A DNA stretch of 64,000 nt from Podarcis erhardii. Lineage: Eukaryota. Below the pieces are notes generated by a model. The model worked only from the letters and a program-made list of their open reading frames with translations, was not told the DNA's origin and did not search any database. Made by a program: the position numbers and the translations under genes. Of this stretch, positions 22,583 to 36,408 are shown piece after piece (the first letter of the stretch is position 1; the number at the start of each line of letters is the position of its first letter). The stretch lies in NCBI GenBank assembly GCA_964252035.1, contig OZ176211.1. The stretch is one strand, 5' to 3'.

Positions 22583-25362
22583 TTCTTGGCTCACAATATT
22601 ACACTGCAAGCCTATACATGCCAACTCAAAAGTAAGTCCAACTGAGTTAAAATGCTTCTCATTCCCAAGTCCAGCAGGGATAGGATTGCTGAAAATCACT
22701 ATACTCTCAGCTCTTTTTCAAGCCCCAAAACATTTTTGTCTATTCTTGGTTGCTGGTTTTGGAAGACTGGGGTACAAATCTGGAATTTGGTTATGAGTTT
22801 GTCTAGAATATGTTGGACAAAGTCAAGTAGAGCTTGCCAAATACTTTTACCATGATAGGCTCCAAGTCAGTCAAGTGTATCTCAGCAAAACAGTGGAAGA
22901 GAGTAACTTTAATCATTACAAAACTAAGAAAGGAATCAGATTTCTTCACAGTATTTCACTACTTCTTAGGATTACATTTTGCTTGGTAACATCTTGCTCC
23001 TCTTCCAAGCAAACATTGAAGTATTTCACATTCAGGAAAAAAAGATATGAAACAGAGAAAATTCAAGAGAGATGTTACTCACTTGCTACAGTCAAAAATG
23101 TCATTCATAATAAAGGTTCATGGCTCCTCAAGCTTCAAAAATGATAAATTTACATAGTTATAAGAACTTTATATGAATACTACCTGAGTGGTATTTGTTT
23201 TAATAGGCTTAATCAGAAGCTCAGCTACAAGAACAGAACAGACATTGAGGGTCTATATTCTTACCTATTACGAGTAGTAAGCTAACTTTCTCCTTAGCCA
23301 AGCCAAATTTTAGTGGGGCTACCCAAAGGACAGAATGACTAATAGCTACTTTTATAAGTACCATAAGAACGCAACAGCAACAGTAAAACAACAGCTCATG
23401 TTGATTCTGTGTCAATGGCATGCCCCCTTGTGGCTAATACTGATCTTACTTGAGCTAATACTGGATTATTATTTCCATTGTCAAAAGTGTAAATAAGAGC
23501 AAATATTTAGTGCATTTTGCAACAGTGCTACATAGCTGCTCTAAAAGCAATGCCGACCACTTGTCATCTCAAACCGATCTTACAAAACAGTAATGGTAAA
23601 AATAGTAACCACAGCCGTGAAACTTCACAACCACTTCCATTGTTTCCTTCCATTTGCATTCTTCTTCCTTCAAATATTGAATTTATGTACTTACCCATTC
23701 TGCTAGAGTGATACAACATTTCCCTGTTTCAATAGAGGAGTTTATTTCTTGTTTTCACCCAGAATTTCTATATCATTTTGCCCAAAGAAAAAAACAAACA
23801 AACCACTTCACAACTCACCAAAGAAAAATGGCTTTAGCAACTTGACAGTAGAACATGGCACCACAGATTTCTCTTAACTAATGAGAAGGGAATTATTTCA
23901 CTGCATCACAGTCAACATTTCCTGTTTCGTTTTTTGCCTCCCCATGCAAATCTGTCGTTTCCTTATTCTCACCCACCCATTTAGTAGAACTTCATGATTC
24001 ACTTTCTGAAGGCTGGGAGCCTCAATATGCCATCCATTACTTAACCCCCAAACCACCTATCCCTTCTTGTTCCTTTCCCATATTCTTGACAATACTTTTA
24101 TCAGGAGACCATCTGATCAAGCTGTATGGCAGCCTTCTTCTTTGGAGATCACTCATAGCCAAGTAAGATTGTCTGCTGGGGGGCAGGGGAAAGAAAATGA
24201 GTGTGAGATTGAGAAAGACAGCGAGTGAATGACTGTGTGTCCTTTTGAATGAATGAAGAAATGAACAAATGTCACATGCATAGGTGTATATATGAATGCA
24301 TATGTGGTTTTTTTGTGTGAATGATGTATGAATGGGTATGTGTTTTATAGCAACCCTTGAAAAGCTAGCCATGAAGGAATGCAGCCTATGGGCTGAAGAA
24401 GCTTCCCCACTCCTGCCCAGAAGATGTATTTGCTGATCCTGGAATCATGAGCTGCCAAACTGAGACTTGGAGGTCACTATTTCAATCAGTAGAAACTGCA
24501 GCAGCTTACATATAACTACTCTTATCCTCTTCACAAGTGGCAGACTGCTTACCATTGCTATGGTACCAACCCTGATCCAGAATCAGCAGTTGTACTAATT
24601 TTACAGACATGAATAAGACATGCATCAGTTCCTTATTCTTGCAACTACTGCCCCATACAAGTCAGTGGAGAAGTGAGACTAGCCCTTAAATGCCAAACGG
24701 TTCTCTGTTTCGTTTCTAAGGGAAATGTAGAAAACAGCATGTTCTTGAATGTGTTCAAGTCACATACTTTCCAAAAACGAGTTCCTGTTTTTTCCTTAAA
24801 AGAAAGTGATCTTGAAAGGACAACGAATAACTGTGCAGGGCCAGGAAGCCCTATACGTACAGTGGTGCCTCAGGTTAAGTACTTAATTTGTTCCGGAGGT
24901 CTGTACTTAACCTGAAACTGTTCTTAACCTGAAGCACCACTTTAGCTAATGGGGCCTCCCGATGCTGCTGCGCCGCCGGAGCATGATTTCTGTTCTCATC
25001 CTGAAGCAAAGTTCTTAACCTGAAGCACTATTTCTGGGTTAGCGGAGTCTGTAACCTGAAGCGTACGTAACCCGAGGTACCACTGTACTATTTTCCCCAT
25101 TATTATTTTTTTACAGTGCTACATTCACCCATCCTTTACAATACAGTACTTAAAAATAAGGAAATGCTCTAGTCACAGAGACGGGGCTGTACTGACAATC
25201 AGGTCACCAGAGATTGTCATGGCTTTCCTCCAACAGTGACAGCTCTACTACAGCTATGGTTGCAGGAAGGCCAGTTGTGTCTGTGCTTCTAAGACCTTGC
25301 CCTGATTCTGCCTGAAGTAATAGAAAACCCAGCCAACCTAATTTGAATGGACACATAGGAAG

Positions 25363-25540
25363 CTGCTGTATACCAAGGCAAACCATTGATCCATCCGGCC
25401 CAGTACTGTCAACATTGATTGCCTGGGAATCTCCAGGGTTACAGGCAAGGGACATTCCCAAATCTACCTGCAGATGCCAGGAATGTAACCTGGGAATTTC
25501 TGCATGCAGAGGAGATGCTCTGCACCTGGGATCTGGGAAT
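25363..25540 (-). mobile_element. tRNA-derived SINE with CR1-like tail, diverged
   Basis: Plus strand reads ataggaagctgc...accattgatccatc (tail) and aacctggga...tgcatgcag...gatgctct (reversed B/A box region). Confidence 0.6.
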
Positions 25541-28050
25541 TTCCTGTAAGCAAAATTAGCACAGGCAATGATAACTACTGACTGTTTTCAGCTCGGGACA
25601 CTGAGGTGATCTAGAGCAGAGGAGACCTAAGGCAGATGAGAATCTACTGGGGGATTTTAGGGGAAGAGTAGAAAGAGTTTCTTTACTCCAAACTGTTTTT
25701 GAAAAAGTAAGGCTTCCTTAAAATAAAATAAGACTGCTGAGTAAAGATCACTTAGAGAATGGATTTTGGTATGAATACTTTTCTAGTTCTGAAAACAAAT
25801 ATGTGAGTTTTCCCTTGGGGATTTTCCCAACAGGTGTTTCTGCCCATCCACCAGTGGGAGCTGCCAGATATATACAGTACAAGGTTTTCTATTTCAGTGT
25901 AGACTAATCGCACATAAGTCAGCTTGGTGTGGAATGCCTTTCTTTCAGCAGAAAACCTAAATCACTGTAAGTACGTTCACTGAAGAAAGGTAGCCAAATC
26001 CAACCCAAATGCACTGATCTGTTCAGCACAGCAAAGTTCCCACCAGTCCTTGAATCACCTCTAATCTGCTACGTATGTACCCATTCTTTCCCAATGGACT
26101 CCAGGCCTCTAAATTTGGGCCTTAACCAGGTCTATAATTTTGGAACTTTCCAGCTTGCCATTAAAGCAGACGTTCCATTACCACATGCTAGGTTCACAGC
26201 TTTGGGAAGCTTATAGCAAGAATCACATCCCATAACCTGCTATCATAGCATTATAGGCAGGGACCCCTTCATGATCCCAGGAATAATCCTGGCCTGACCC
26301 TGTTCCTTATCTAACCCACTATTTTGCTCCAGCTGATGAGCTTAAGAGTTTTAGTAAAATAATAATTTTTTTAAAACCCAAGATTCCACAAGTGTAGTAT
26401 CTGTCCATCCTTGTTCTAGAAAAGAAATAAGGAAGAAATGTGTCAAGAGTCATGGATAATCTGTTGGGGAGTGTATGTTGATGACGGATAGGACCAGATC
26501 AAAAAAATGGGTGGAGTAAGCAGCACTGCACAGCTCTATTTTCTTGCTGTGCCACTCATCATTCTGTTTGCTTTTTACCCCTTCATCCATCTTTCTTCTC
26601 TCCCTCTGGCATCCTCCCAACCTGCAAGTCCTTTTTATTTCTAGGCTCACCATATAGGAGCCACATCATCTCTCCCCCCTTTTTCTCAGATACACAGACA
26701 CACAAAACACACACACACACCAGGAGGCAATTGCCTAAGAAGTGAGCTAGAGTCAGACAACAGTGGCCAGAGAGCAAGGCTTTTTTCCAAAGGAAAAATT
26801 AAGACACAAGCTTATAATTTGTGCACAAAATGTGTGCTGCAACAACACACCTGTGCATTTTCCTGGTGTGTGCATAATATCCTTTCTGGCTTATGAGTCA
26901 GATTCCCGGGAACCGGGAATATAACAGCACTACTGCAAAAGGATTTCCTTGCATATTAGAAACACTGGTGACTCCTCTGCAGAGAGTAGCAGTAGAGTCT
27001 GATGACGGAGTGTTTTTGGCAGTGGAAGAGGACAGAGGCATGCCTGATGTGGGTCTGGGATTCTAGGGGACCCTGGACTTCTTAGTTTGCTTTTCACATC
27101 ATCAGTCGCTTTTTATGCCATCTAAAATAATGCAAATTTTGCATACCTTGAATTTTTGTAACTTCTCATTGCGGGTTTGCTCAGCCACAGGGTCCAGAGC
27201 TGTGCAAGGCTGGGGCCGCTTGGACCTCACTACCGATTGAGAGCTACAAAACCTATCATTCTTTAATGTTTCCTGATGCAAGCGGACATATCCAAAGCCT
27301 AAGCAAAACATGCAGCCACAGAACTGTCAATTAAGGTTGGATTTAACCCGGCTTTTATAAGTCAGTTGTGCAACAAGGAAGCGCCTTTCGGCCTTTCCAA
27401 ACTTCTGCAAATGCTGGTTTCCTTTCCAGTGCTATTATTTATCAGGAGCAGATTAAGAGGAAGTTGGGCGTTCCCCTCCCCTTCCACAAATCATTCTTAA
27501 TTTATTGCGATGTATCTCTGAACTCATTTGAACTTACTTTGGAGCAAACCTGCTTTAGCCTGCCCTTTAAATTTAAGCCAGGCCTCAAGTGGGGGCCTTC
27601 GGCTTTCAAAACACAGAAGCGATCATACGGGAGAGGAGGGTGTTTCAGCATACTTAAAAATGACTTTTGCCTTTGTCAGCCAGTAACCATCACCAGCTTC
27701 TGACACTGACACATTCACACACACACGAGATTTGGAATGAAGCCTTCCCGAGAAACACGCCTTCCAGTTGTGGGCAACCCCTGGTACCCTTATTTTTGGA
27801 AATTAACCATTGCTGTTCTGGCAGGTTTCCGACAACCATTAACCGCACGGAGGCGACCTTGCGCTTTATTGCTTTACTTTATCCTTTAAAAAAAAATGGA
27901 AGCTCAACATGAGGCCCTTCCAAACAGCAGCAGCCCCTGGACTGAGCTGGTCAGCTCCCTAACCAAAAGGGAAAACACCCCCGGCGCTGTCTTATTACGG
28001 ATTCTACCCTAAATGCGCCCCATCTAGCATACAGCGCTGGGCTGGCTTAC

Positions 28051-28350
28051 CTGCCCAGAGACATTGTCCCAAATTTCCCGGCCTCACTCACCGGCTGCAG
28101 ATCATGTGCTGACCCCCACCGGCAACCGGAGCCCCGCAAGAAGGCTGGCAAGCCACAAGCCCGCATGCAGCCAATCGCGATCCCTGGAAGGGAAGGCGGG
28201 GGTGAAGAAGCAGCCTTGCCCGCCCCCTTTGCCTATGGCGCCTGCCCATTGGGAAAGCGAAGGCGCCGATCCCTCGCATTATTTAGGCTTTGGAATAAAC
28301 ATGGATTCCACCACCCCGGGTTAAAAAGAAACCGGTCTACATAAAGAAGC
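28051..28350 (-). promoter_or_regulatory. GC/CpG-rich promoter-like patch with candidate non-coding first exon of CPVL
   Basis: CCAAT at 28171-28175, ATTGG at 28248-28252, GC boxes at 28195-28200 and 28219-28225; two strong minus-strand donors, CCG|GTGAGT (exon end 28092) and CAG|GTAAGC (exon end 28051); locally high CpG density. Confidence 0.6.
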
Positions 28351-28748
28351 AAAGCACATTTCCCCTCCCTCCCCCATCACTTCATTTCTGCAATACTAAA
28401 CTGGGAGGAATTCCCCCAACAGGAGAGCAGAATAGGATCGCGCTGCGCGGGGATCTAGCGATGAAAGGCCAGGTCTCAGGATCTGACGCTGTGCAACATG
28501 CTTGCAAGTAAAAATTTACTGAGAGAGAAGTCCCGCTGCTGGGCTCGGATTTGCTTCTGAGTAAGCGCAGTTAGAATCGTGCACGGGAGAAAGCCCTGTG
28601 TTTTCGCCCTATGTTAAAGCATCAGCAGTCACGGCTGCTGACAGCTGACAGCCCCACTCACCTCCTCCTTTCTGCTCTTAAAGAAACAGTACGTCAAAAC
28701 GGCGTAGATTGCGTGTTGCTCAGTATTGTGGGTTAAGTGGCCCCAAAC

Positions 28749-28902
28749 CATGGGCGTAGCCAGGATTTATTTGGGAGGGGAAGGCATTATGTGTGGTGAG
28801 AGGTGGGGCAGAACCACGTTGTCTGTGATGCAATTGGTCAGTTAAATATTCTTATTTACTTACTTAATTTAGCCCCCTGCAGCCCCCCAGGCTATGCCCA
28901 TG
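28749..28902. mobile_element. Short hAT-like MITE
   Basis: TIR catgggcgtagcc / ggctatgcccatg; TSD ccccaaac/ccccacac. Confidence 0.75.
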
Positions 28903-29715
28903 CCCCACACTGAACCAATTTTTAAAAACATATTTAATACATTTTTTTCCACAGAACATAAAGGCATAGTGACCTTTTGTTTTTAAACTGAAGCAGCCTC
29001 AAGCTGCGTGGAAAGGCAGAGCAGAAATGTTTTCAATCAAAGTAAGTAAAAGGTCCGTGGAGACTTGTGGTAGGAGACAGCGCAATCCACGGATGAAACC
29101 AAAAGGTTTTTTAATATTTCCCTATGATTTTTCCAAACTATTTAAAAAACAGATTATATAAATATATGTGCCTGCCGTATTTTTCCTTTCTTTTCTAAAA
29201 AAATTTGCATTTGATTTTAAAAGTGGAAAACATTTTCCATGTTCAAGACATGGTAAGTCAGAAGATATATGCAGAATTTCAAAGTGATTTGGCATTGTTT
29301 ACTAAAGGCTGCAATGCTATAGCCTTATAACACAATGAATACCGTATTACTGAGCACAAATGTTAAGATCACGTTCTGCATGTCATCCCAACAAAGCAAG
29401 AAGATGGTACTGTTCCTATTAAACATGGTAGTGTGTTTAGAATCATAGAATTGTAGAGTTGGAAAGGACCACAAATATCATCTAGTTAACTCCCTGCAGT
29501 GCAGGAATATTTTACCCGACATGGAGCTCAAACCCACAACTCTGAGATTAAGAGTCTCATGCTCTACCGAATGGGTAGCTACTGAGCATCAGAACTGGTA
29601 AAGCGAGGGAGAAAAATAAGCACTGTCATTATAAAAGCAGGTAAAGCTGACAATTGTGCAGAATAGCTAGGTGATCTTGTGGCCCTGGCAGAACCATCCA
29701 GATTGCGCCCCCTAG

Positions 29716-30283
29716 CAGGGCTGGATTTAGGTTTAATGAGGCCCTAAACTACCTTTACCTTTACCTTTAAACTACTGAAGGTAATGGGGCCCTTTATGTG
29801 TCCAGCTGTCCTTTGTCAACAACAAATTGTTGCTGTTTTTTGTGTTGAATATATGCTATATGGTAATTTATGGACCTAGGTATCTAAAGCCATTTGCACA
29901 TAACAAAGTACGTATTTTATCAAAGTAATTGTTGAACTAAAATACAATTAAGAATAAGTATATTAATAGTGAAATACAATTAAGAACAAGTATATTAATA
30001 GCAACCAGTCCATGCAGAATGTAGACACCCTATATATAGAAATGAGCAAACCAGTGATATTTTAGGGAGCAGGCTAGCAGGCGGGGCCCATTCCTTATAT
30101 CATAGAAGCCTACACAACACAAAACACTGTTGCTGTATGTAGGTTTTATTTTATTTGTTTTTTATCTTATATTTTGGAAATGTACATCCAGGTTTTTTTC
30201 CCCCTTTAAATGTTTTGGGGCACCCCCAAGATAGTGGGGCCCTAAGCTATAGCTTGTTTAGCTTATACGCAAATCGGGCACTG
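29716..30283. mobile_element. Non-autonomous hAT-like element (second copy 46484-46939)
   Basis: Ends cagggc[t/c][g/a]gattt / aaatc...cactg; 8-bp TSDs with one mismatch (ccccctag/tcccctag; atcgatcc/atcgaccc); long shared internal sequence between the two copies. Confidence 0.85.
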
Positions 30284-33200
30284 TCCCCTAGCCATGGACA
30301 AATTAGCTCTTCTTTCCGCCTCTCCTCCGAACCCCACCCCCTCCACCCATTCAATTCCCCCTCTATTAAAAACCTTTTCTTACGAAGCAATAATCAATAT
30401 TGTTGTTTATAGACATATTTATGGACATATTTTAAAGCTGATTTTGCACCCCCTCCTCGCCTGCGCCCCAGCAGAGGCCCACCTCACCACCCCCTAGCTA
30501 CGTACGGCCCTGCAATTGTGCACCCTATTAGTTAAGAGTTACAGATAGCTGACTTGCTTGGAAAAGAACCACATGCATTTTCTTTCATGCCATTGATTTG
30601 TAACAATTCAATAGATCACTTGTCTCTGTCTCAGATCAATAGTAATCGTCCTGGTGTGCTTGCAAGGTGTAGGTCAGCAATTTTTTATTCACCCGAGAAT
30701 CTTCTCTCCTACCACTTGAGTCAATTCTTTGTTTCCTCTTTTCCAATTACCTTTTCATTGTTTTCCTTCCCTTCTCTTGTTCACTATCATCTTTGGAACA
30801 CAAAAGGAAAGCTCTGAAAGCAGTTTTGTTTTTTTCTTAGGTGTTAGTCTTCTCAGCTAAACTTCTTGCAGCTTACCGGTAATCCTCCTGTGCAACACTC
30901 AGAAATTTTGTGGAAGCCAACAGCAGACTCAATGTGCTTCCAAGTCATGTACTGAGCATCTTTTCATTGAATAAATGCAGAAAGTACCCTTGTTTCAACT
31001 CAGAGGAGCAAGCGTTTGTCTTGTTGCAGCAGTTATTTAATGACATGAAACTCTAAATCTTAACTCTCAGAAAATCATTATTCAGTGCAATGCCTAGTAC
31101 TTCTTTTCAATTTTTTCAAAGGCAGTATATCCAGATGTGGTTCAGATTCAGATTATTCACCCTGGATGACATCTTCATTCTTCTTTTTGTGGGAGAAAGA
31201 TAATTCCCCAGCGCTTAGCAGACAAAATCAAGGCTTTTTATTCTGGTAAGATTTCCACCACATTATTCACCAATCATTTGCACACTGACAGATGTACAGT
31301 TCCCACGTCTCTTTCCAAACATTACAGCAGCTGGCACACATCTGTATTCTCGAGCCTGATATGCCATTTAGAGGATAGGTAAATTAGCAACAGAGTCTCA
31401 GAGGCTCTTCTGCATTAACAGACAAGACTACCCTGTGTCTTCTTTGTTTGCAAAGCTTCAGTTAATAATCCACAGAAACTGCAGCTGACCAAGGAAATTG
31501 CTCAGTTAGTGGAATGTCATAAGGGGCATCTTATTTTCAGCAACTGAAGCTTATATTAAAGCTCATCATTCCATATTCTAATGACAGAAATAACTGGGTG
31601 AAGCTTCTGCCCCAATGCAATGTGGAAGAGAAACACAACCAACGTGCTATAAATAAGATGTCCCATGACAACCCGCTTCAACAACATCAAAATCTATCCT
31701 GGCAGCCCTCTGTGTTCCTGAGAACAAAGTATTTAACACTTAGAATGGATATTTAATAATGTCATTAGTGCTGCATTAGTAAAAGTTCATTTAATTTTCA
31801 CTAATAGGCATTGCGGAGCATATCAGTTTAGACCAGTGGTAGGCAACCTAAGGCCCGGGTGCCGGATCTGGCCCAATCACCTTCTCAATCCAGCCTGCGG
31901 ACGGTCTGGGAATCAGCATGTTTTTACATGAGCAGAATGTGTCCTTTTATTTGGGTTATTTGTGGGGTACAAGAATTCGTTCATTGTTTTTTTCAAAATA
32001 TAGCCCGGCCCCCCACAAGGGATGGTGGACCGGTCCCCTGCTGGAAAAGGTTGCTGACCCCTGGTTTTAGACAGCCTTGACAGAAGATGTGGCAAAAGCA
32101 TTCACAGTTTAGAAAAACAAGGAAAATTATATAAGCAAGTTCCAATATGAATATGGCTTCACATTGATGGTGGCACATGGATGCTAGACAAAGAGAAAAT
32201 GCTTTGATCACTATTTGATCACTAAGACCTTCTGTGCAGCCTAATTTATGTACCCTTATTCCAAATCAGAAAAGCATTGAGTTTTTTCTAAGGACCCCTT
32301 CACAACCAACACATTATGAAATCCCAGTTTAGAGGGCATCTCCAAAGAGGTATTTTCAGGAAACTTCAAAGTCAAGTTTTTACAATATATCACTAAGGTG
32401 CAGTGGTACCTCAAGTTACATACACTTCAGGTTACAGACTCCGCTAACCCAGAAACAATACCTTGGGTTAAGAACTTTGCTTCAGGATGAGAACAGAAAT
32501 TGTGCGGTGGCAGCGGGAGGCCCCATTAGCTAAAGTGGTGCTTCAGGTTAAGAACAGTTTCAGGTTAAGAACGGACCTCCGGAACGAATTAAGTACCTAA
32601 CCCGAGGTATCACTGTATAGGTTTTTCAGTTCTTATACATGTACATAGAAGCTGCACCTGTACTAAGAAGCTGCATCTGGGATGTCATAAGTCACATCTG
32701 GATGACATACATGTGTCTCACATACATCATTGCCACATGCCACAAATTGCATGCAAGTTCAGAATCCTGTGGAACCGCCTTCAATATAGGCATGTTCATA
32801 GGTGTGAAGAGTGTTAGGAATACATTCTTCACAAAACAGGTAAGGTTCCTTTAAACTTTAAAAAGCGTTCCCGAATTTTCTTCAGTGTGTGGCAGCTTAA
32901 TTTGTGGCAGCTGGAGATGCATTTAAAAGGAGGAAGTTGCAAGCTGCAAGCTGCAATTCTAGCACAAGGAAAGCACACATACACGTTGAGTTTATACCGT
33001 GCTGGAGATATATAGAAGGCATGTAAATAGTTTGTATATATTTGTAATAGAAATACTTTTGCAACCAGTCAAGCAATAAAGAGGCTCTTGACTGAGGACT
33101 TTGACTGTGGCTACTGCTCTTGTCATCTGCCGCCAGGGAAATACTCTGCTATAAACAGTAAGATGAGGTTTTACTGAGGTGCCACCACACAAGCCAAGAG

Positions 33201-35662
33201 CGCAGCCAAAGTGTGTGGGCAGTAACCTCCAATAAAGAGGCTCTAATAATTTTTAAAAGGACAAATTACCATGATGATTATAGGCCAAAGTCAAGGCCTT
33301 AGATGAGTTGGGTGAATCACATTCCAACATTATAGTGAGAAATCAGAGGGGGAGTACATAAAACACACACACACACTCACCCCATTCTGGAGCACCCCAC
33401 AATGAGGAAAACACATTTCTTAAGATAATACGTTATACATTTACCCTAACCTAGAATCTGTGCAGGACTGGACCACGCGATTCCCATTATGTATATTTAT
33501 AGAGCCATTCATTTCAGCTGAACTCATAACCTATATATCTTATTTTATTTACAGGTATCTGCTTATTTACAGCCGTTTTGGTGTGCCTTTCATTTCTTTT
33601 AGTGCATAATTAAATATGAAATTTCAATGGGGACACAAGCTCCCCTGAACATGTGAAGGAGGCGGCAACGGGTTGGTGCTTCCTTTCCTTGTCCTCCATA
33701 AGCATTCAGTAGGATGTTGGAAATATCATATGCACATAAAATGCGTGCATGCAGGTGTGCCCTTGCCTGTTCAAGGTGCTGCACTTACACAGACAGCATA
33801 CCCTCCAACATTTTTCCAATTGAAGTAACGATGTCCTATTCCATAATAAAAGTTTTGCTATTTCTACCCTGCCCATCCGACTGGGTTGCCCCCAGTCACT
33901 CTGGGCAGTTTCCAACATGTATAAAAACATAATAAAACATTAAACTTAAAAAAAAAAACCTTCCCTATACAGGGCTGCCTTCAGATGGCTTAAGGATCGG
34001 ATAACTCCATACCTTCCAACATTTCTCCAGTGAAAATAGGGAGGTCCTAAGGAAAAGCGGGACATTCTGGGATCAAATCAGAAACTGGGACAGCTTCTGT
34101 AAATCAGGGACTGTCTCTGGGAATAGGGACACTTGGAGGGTCTGAGACAACCTATCCACATTCATTCATATCCTGCTGGATTGTGCCAAATTGGTGCAAA
34201 TTTGCTGGATTAACTGCAAGCTACTGCTGCTATCATTAAATTCTTGTAAGCTATTAAAATGAAAGTTCAAAATGTAAGCAAACAACTTATGCAACTAGTA
34301 GTCTGTCTCTATGCTGTTATAGTAAGAGAACCATGGACTATGTTGTCCTTTCACGTTTAATTAAAGGCCTGTCAAGAGAGAGAGAGAGAGAGAGAGCGCC
34401 ATTAACACTGCCAGTTCCTGCTGGCAATATCTAGATTGCTACCCAACTGCAACTATGTATTATCATTGTGTTTGACTATTTTGCATTCATAAATTAGTCA
34501 CGATAACAATATATTTTCATGCCACCTACAGCCTTGTGCCCAAGGCGATGTTTTTGAAAACAATAGGCCTTAAATCCAAGTAATAAGTTTATTAGGATCA
34601 AGATATTATGGTGTGAACAAATGCCAAATGACATGCATCTGTGTAAAAGGGTCCCTGTACCTTTCACAGTTACGCAGGCCAGGAGACAGAATTTAATCAA
34701 GTATGGTTTCCTATAATGGTACAGTGATAGAAGAAGCAACGTTCGATGCAATTTCCCCCTGTATTCCATTCTCGGGGAAAGTCATTTCATATAGCAAGCA
34801 TCTATAAATGTGACTTCCCCGTAGAGTCACTGCCAACCGCAGCTCCCTGACAAGTATATCTATATTATGCATATGCTTACAAAAAACCCTCTTTGTCATA
34901 TTTACACTTTACATTTATAAAATATACTGTGCAGCTAAAACAGTTCACTGGCACTAACAAAAAATATGAAGGCACTTCCAGGCCTAGCAATCTTGAATTC
35001 AGCGCCTGCATTGTGTGTATTATATATAAACAATCAGAGAAATTGTGCTTTTAACTTGATTTTTGGGCTTGTTTTTTATTTAAAAAAAGTTAAGATCACA
35101 AATTAAAAGAAAAACATTTTCTCTCTCTCAACACAACTCCTCTGCCAACATGGTGAAGTCTAGTTTTCAATAGGTTTCTTCTGGACAAGAAAAATATAAA
35201 TTCTCACCACTTATTTCATATACAGTCGTACTTTGGAAGTTGAACGGAATCCGTTCTGGAAGTCCGTTCAACTTCCAAAATGTTCGAAAACCAAATTGCA
35301 GCTTCTGAATAGCTGCAAGAAGCTCCTGCAGCCAATCATAAGCCGCAGAAGCCACGTTGGACATTCAGGTTTCAAAATAATGTTCGCAAACCAGAACAAT
35401 CACTTCTGGGTTTGCGGTATTCGGGAGCCAAAAATCGTCCGAGTTCCAGGGCGTTCGGGATCCAAGGTACGACTATGAAACATTCACTGTGCAAAACCAA
35501 TACAGCAACAATAATACCTGATGGCTTTATGAAAAGTGCATACACTCCAACACTCCTCGGATGAAAATAGGAACATTTCTCACTCTCTTCCCCCCAAGTA
35601 ACCCTCCCCGACCCACCATTTTTTGTCATCCCCCCCCCGCCCCCGAGCATTTCCTATTCTAT

Positions 35663-35906
35663 GAGAGCCAGTGTGTTGTAGTGGTTAAGAGCGGTAGTCT
35701 CGTAATCTGGGGAACCGGGTTCGCTTCCCCGCTCCTCCACATGCAGCTGCTGGGTGACCTTGGGCCATTCATTCTTCTCTGAAGTCTCTCAGCCTCACTC
35801 ACCTCACAGAGTGTTTGTTGTGGGGGAGGAAGGAAAAGGAGAATGTTAGCCGCTTTGAGACTCCTTCGGGTAGTGATAAAGCAGGATATCAAATCCAAAC
35901 TCTTCT
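35663..35906 (+). mobile_element. MIR/CORE-type SINE (older related copy ~12260-12430, minus)
   Basis: tRNA-like head gccagtgtgttgtagtggttaagagc, CORE-like gctgggtgaccttgggc...tctcagcctca...cctcacag, (TCT) tail. Confidence 0.75.
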
Positions 35907-36273
35907 ATCTGAATAAGTGCCACCACCACTATACCAATAGCACACATAACACTCTAACTTTGCTAACCTAATGCAGGCAGAGGCTCCATCCCTTTGATCT
36001 GTTGTTGTGCCAATGACCCATTACCCCTGACTAACACCTCAGAGGGGATTAATCTGACTTAATTATCTTTTAAAACAGGTTGATTTCCTGGGACTAAGAA
36101 ATGTCCTAGGAAGTTTGACAAGCTACACATGCTGATTCCAGAGAGTTAACAGCGCAGAGAGTTAACAACACACATGGGTCTTGCATCCAGTTTAACATGC
36201 AGGAATCTGGCATCCAGCTTAACACAAAGGGCTTAATTAAATCCTACCACTCACTGGACTTAAAATTCTAACA

Positions 36274-36408
36274 CAGGCATAGGCAAACTTGGCCCTCCAG
36301 GTGTTTTGGGACTACAACTCCCATCATCCCTGACCACTGGTCCTGTTAGCTAGGGATGATGGGGTTGTAGTCCCAAAACATCTGGAGGGCCAAGTTTGCC
36401 TATGCCTC
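36274..36408. mobile_element. Short palindromic hAT MITE (related copies 54712-54849 with TSD ggcttggg; degenerate ~55120-55257)
   Basis: Near-perfect palindrome with TIR caggcataggcaaacttggccctccag; 8-bp TSD ttctaaca at 36266-36273 and 36409-36416. Confidence 0.9.
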
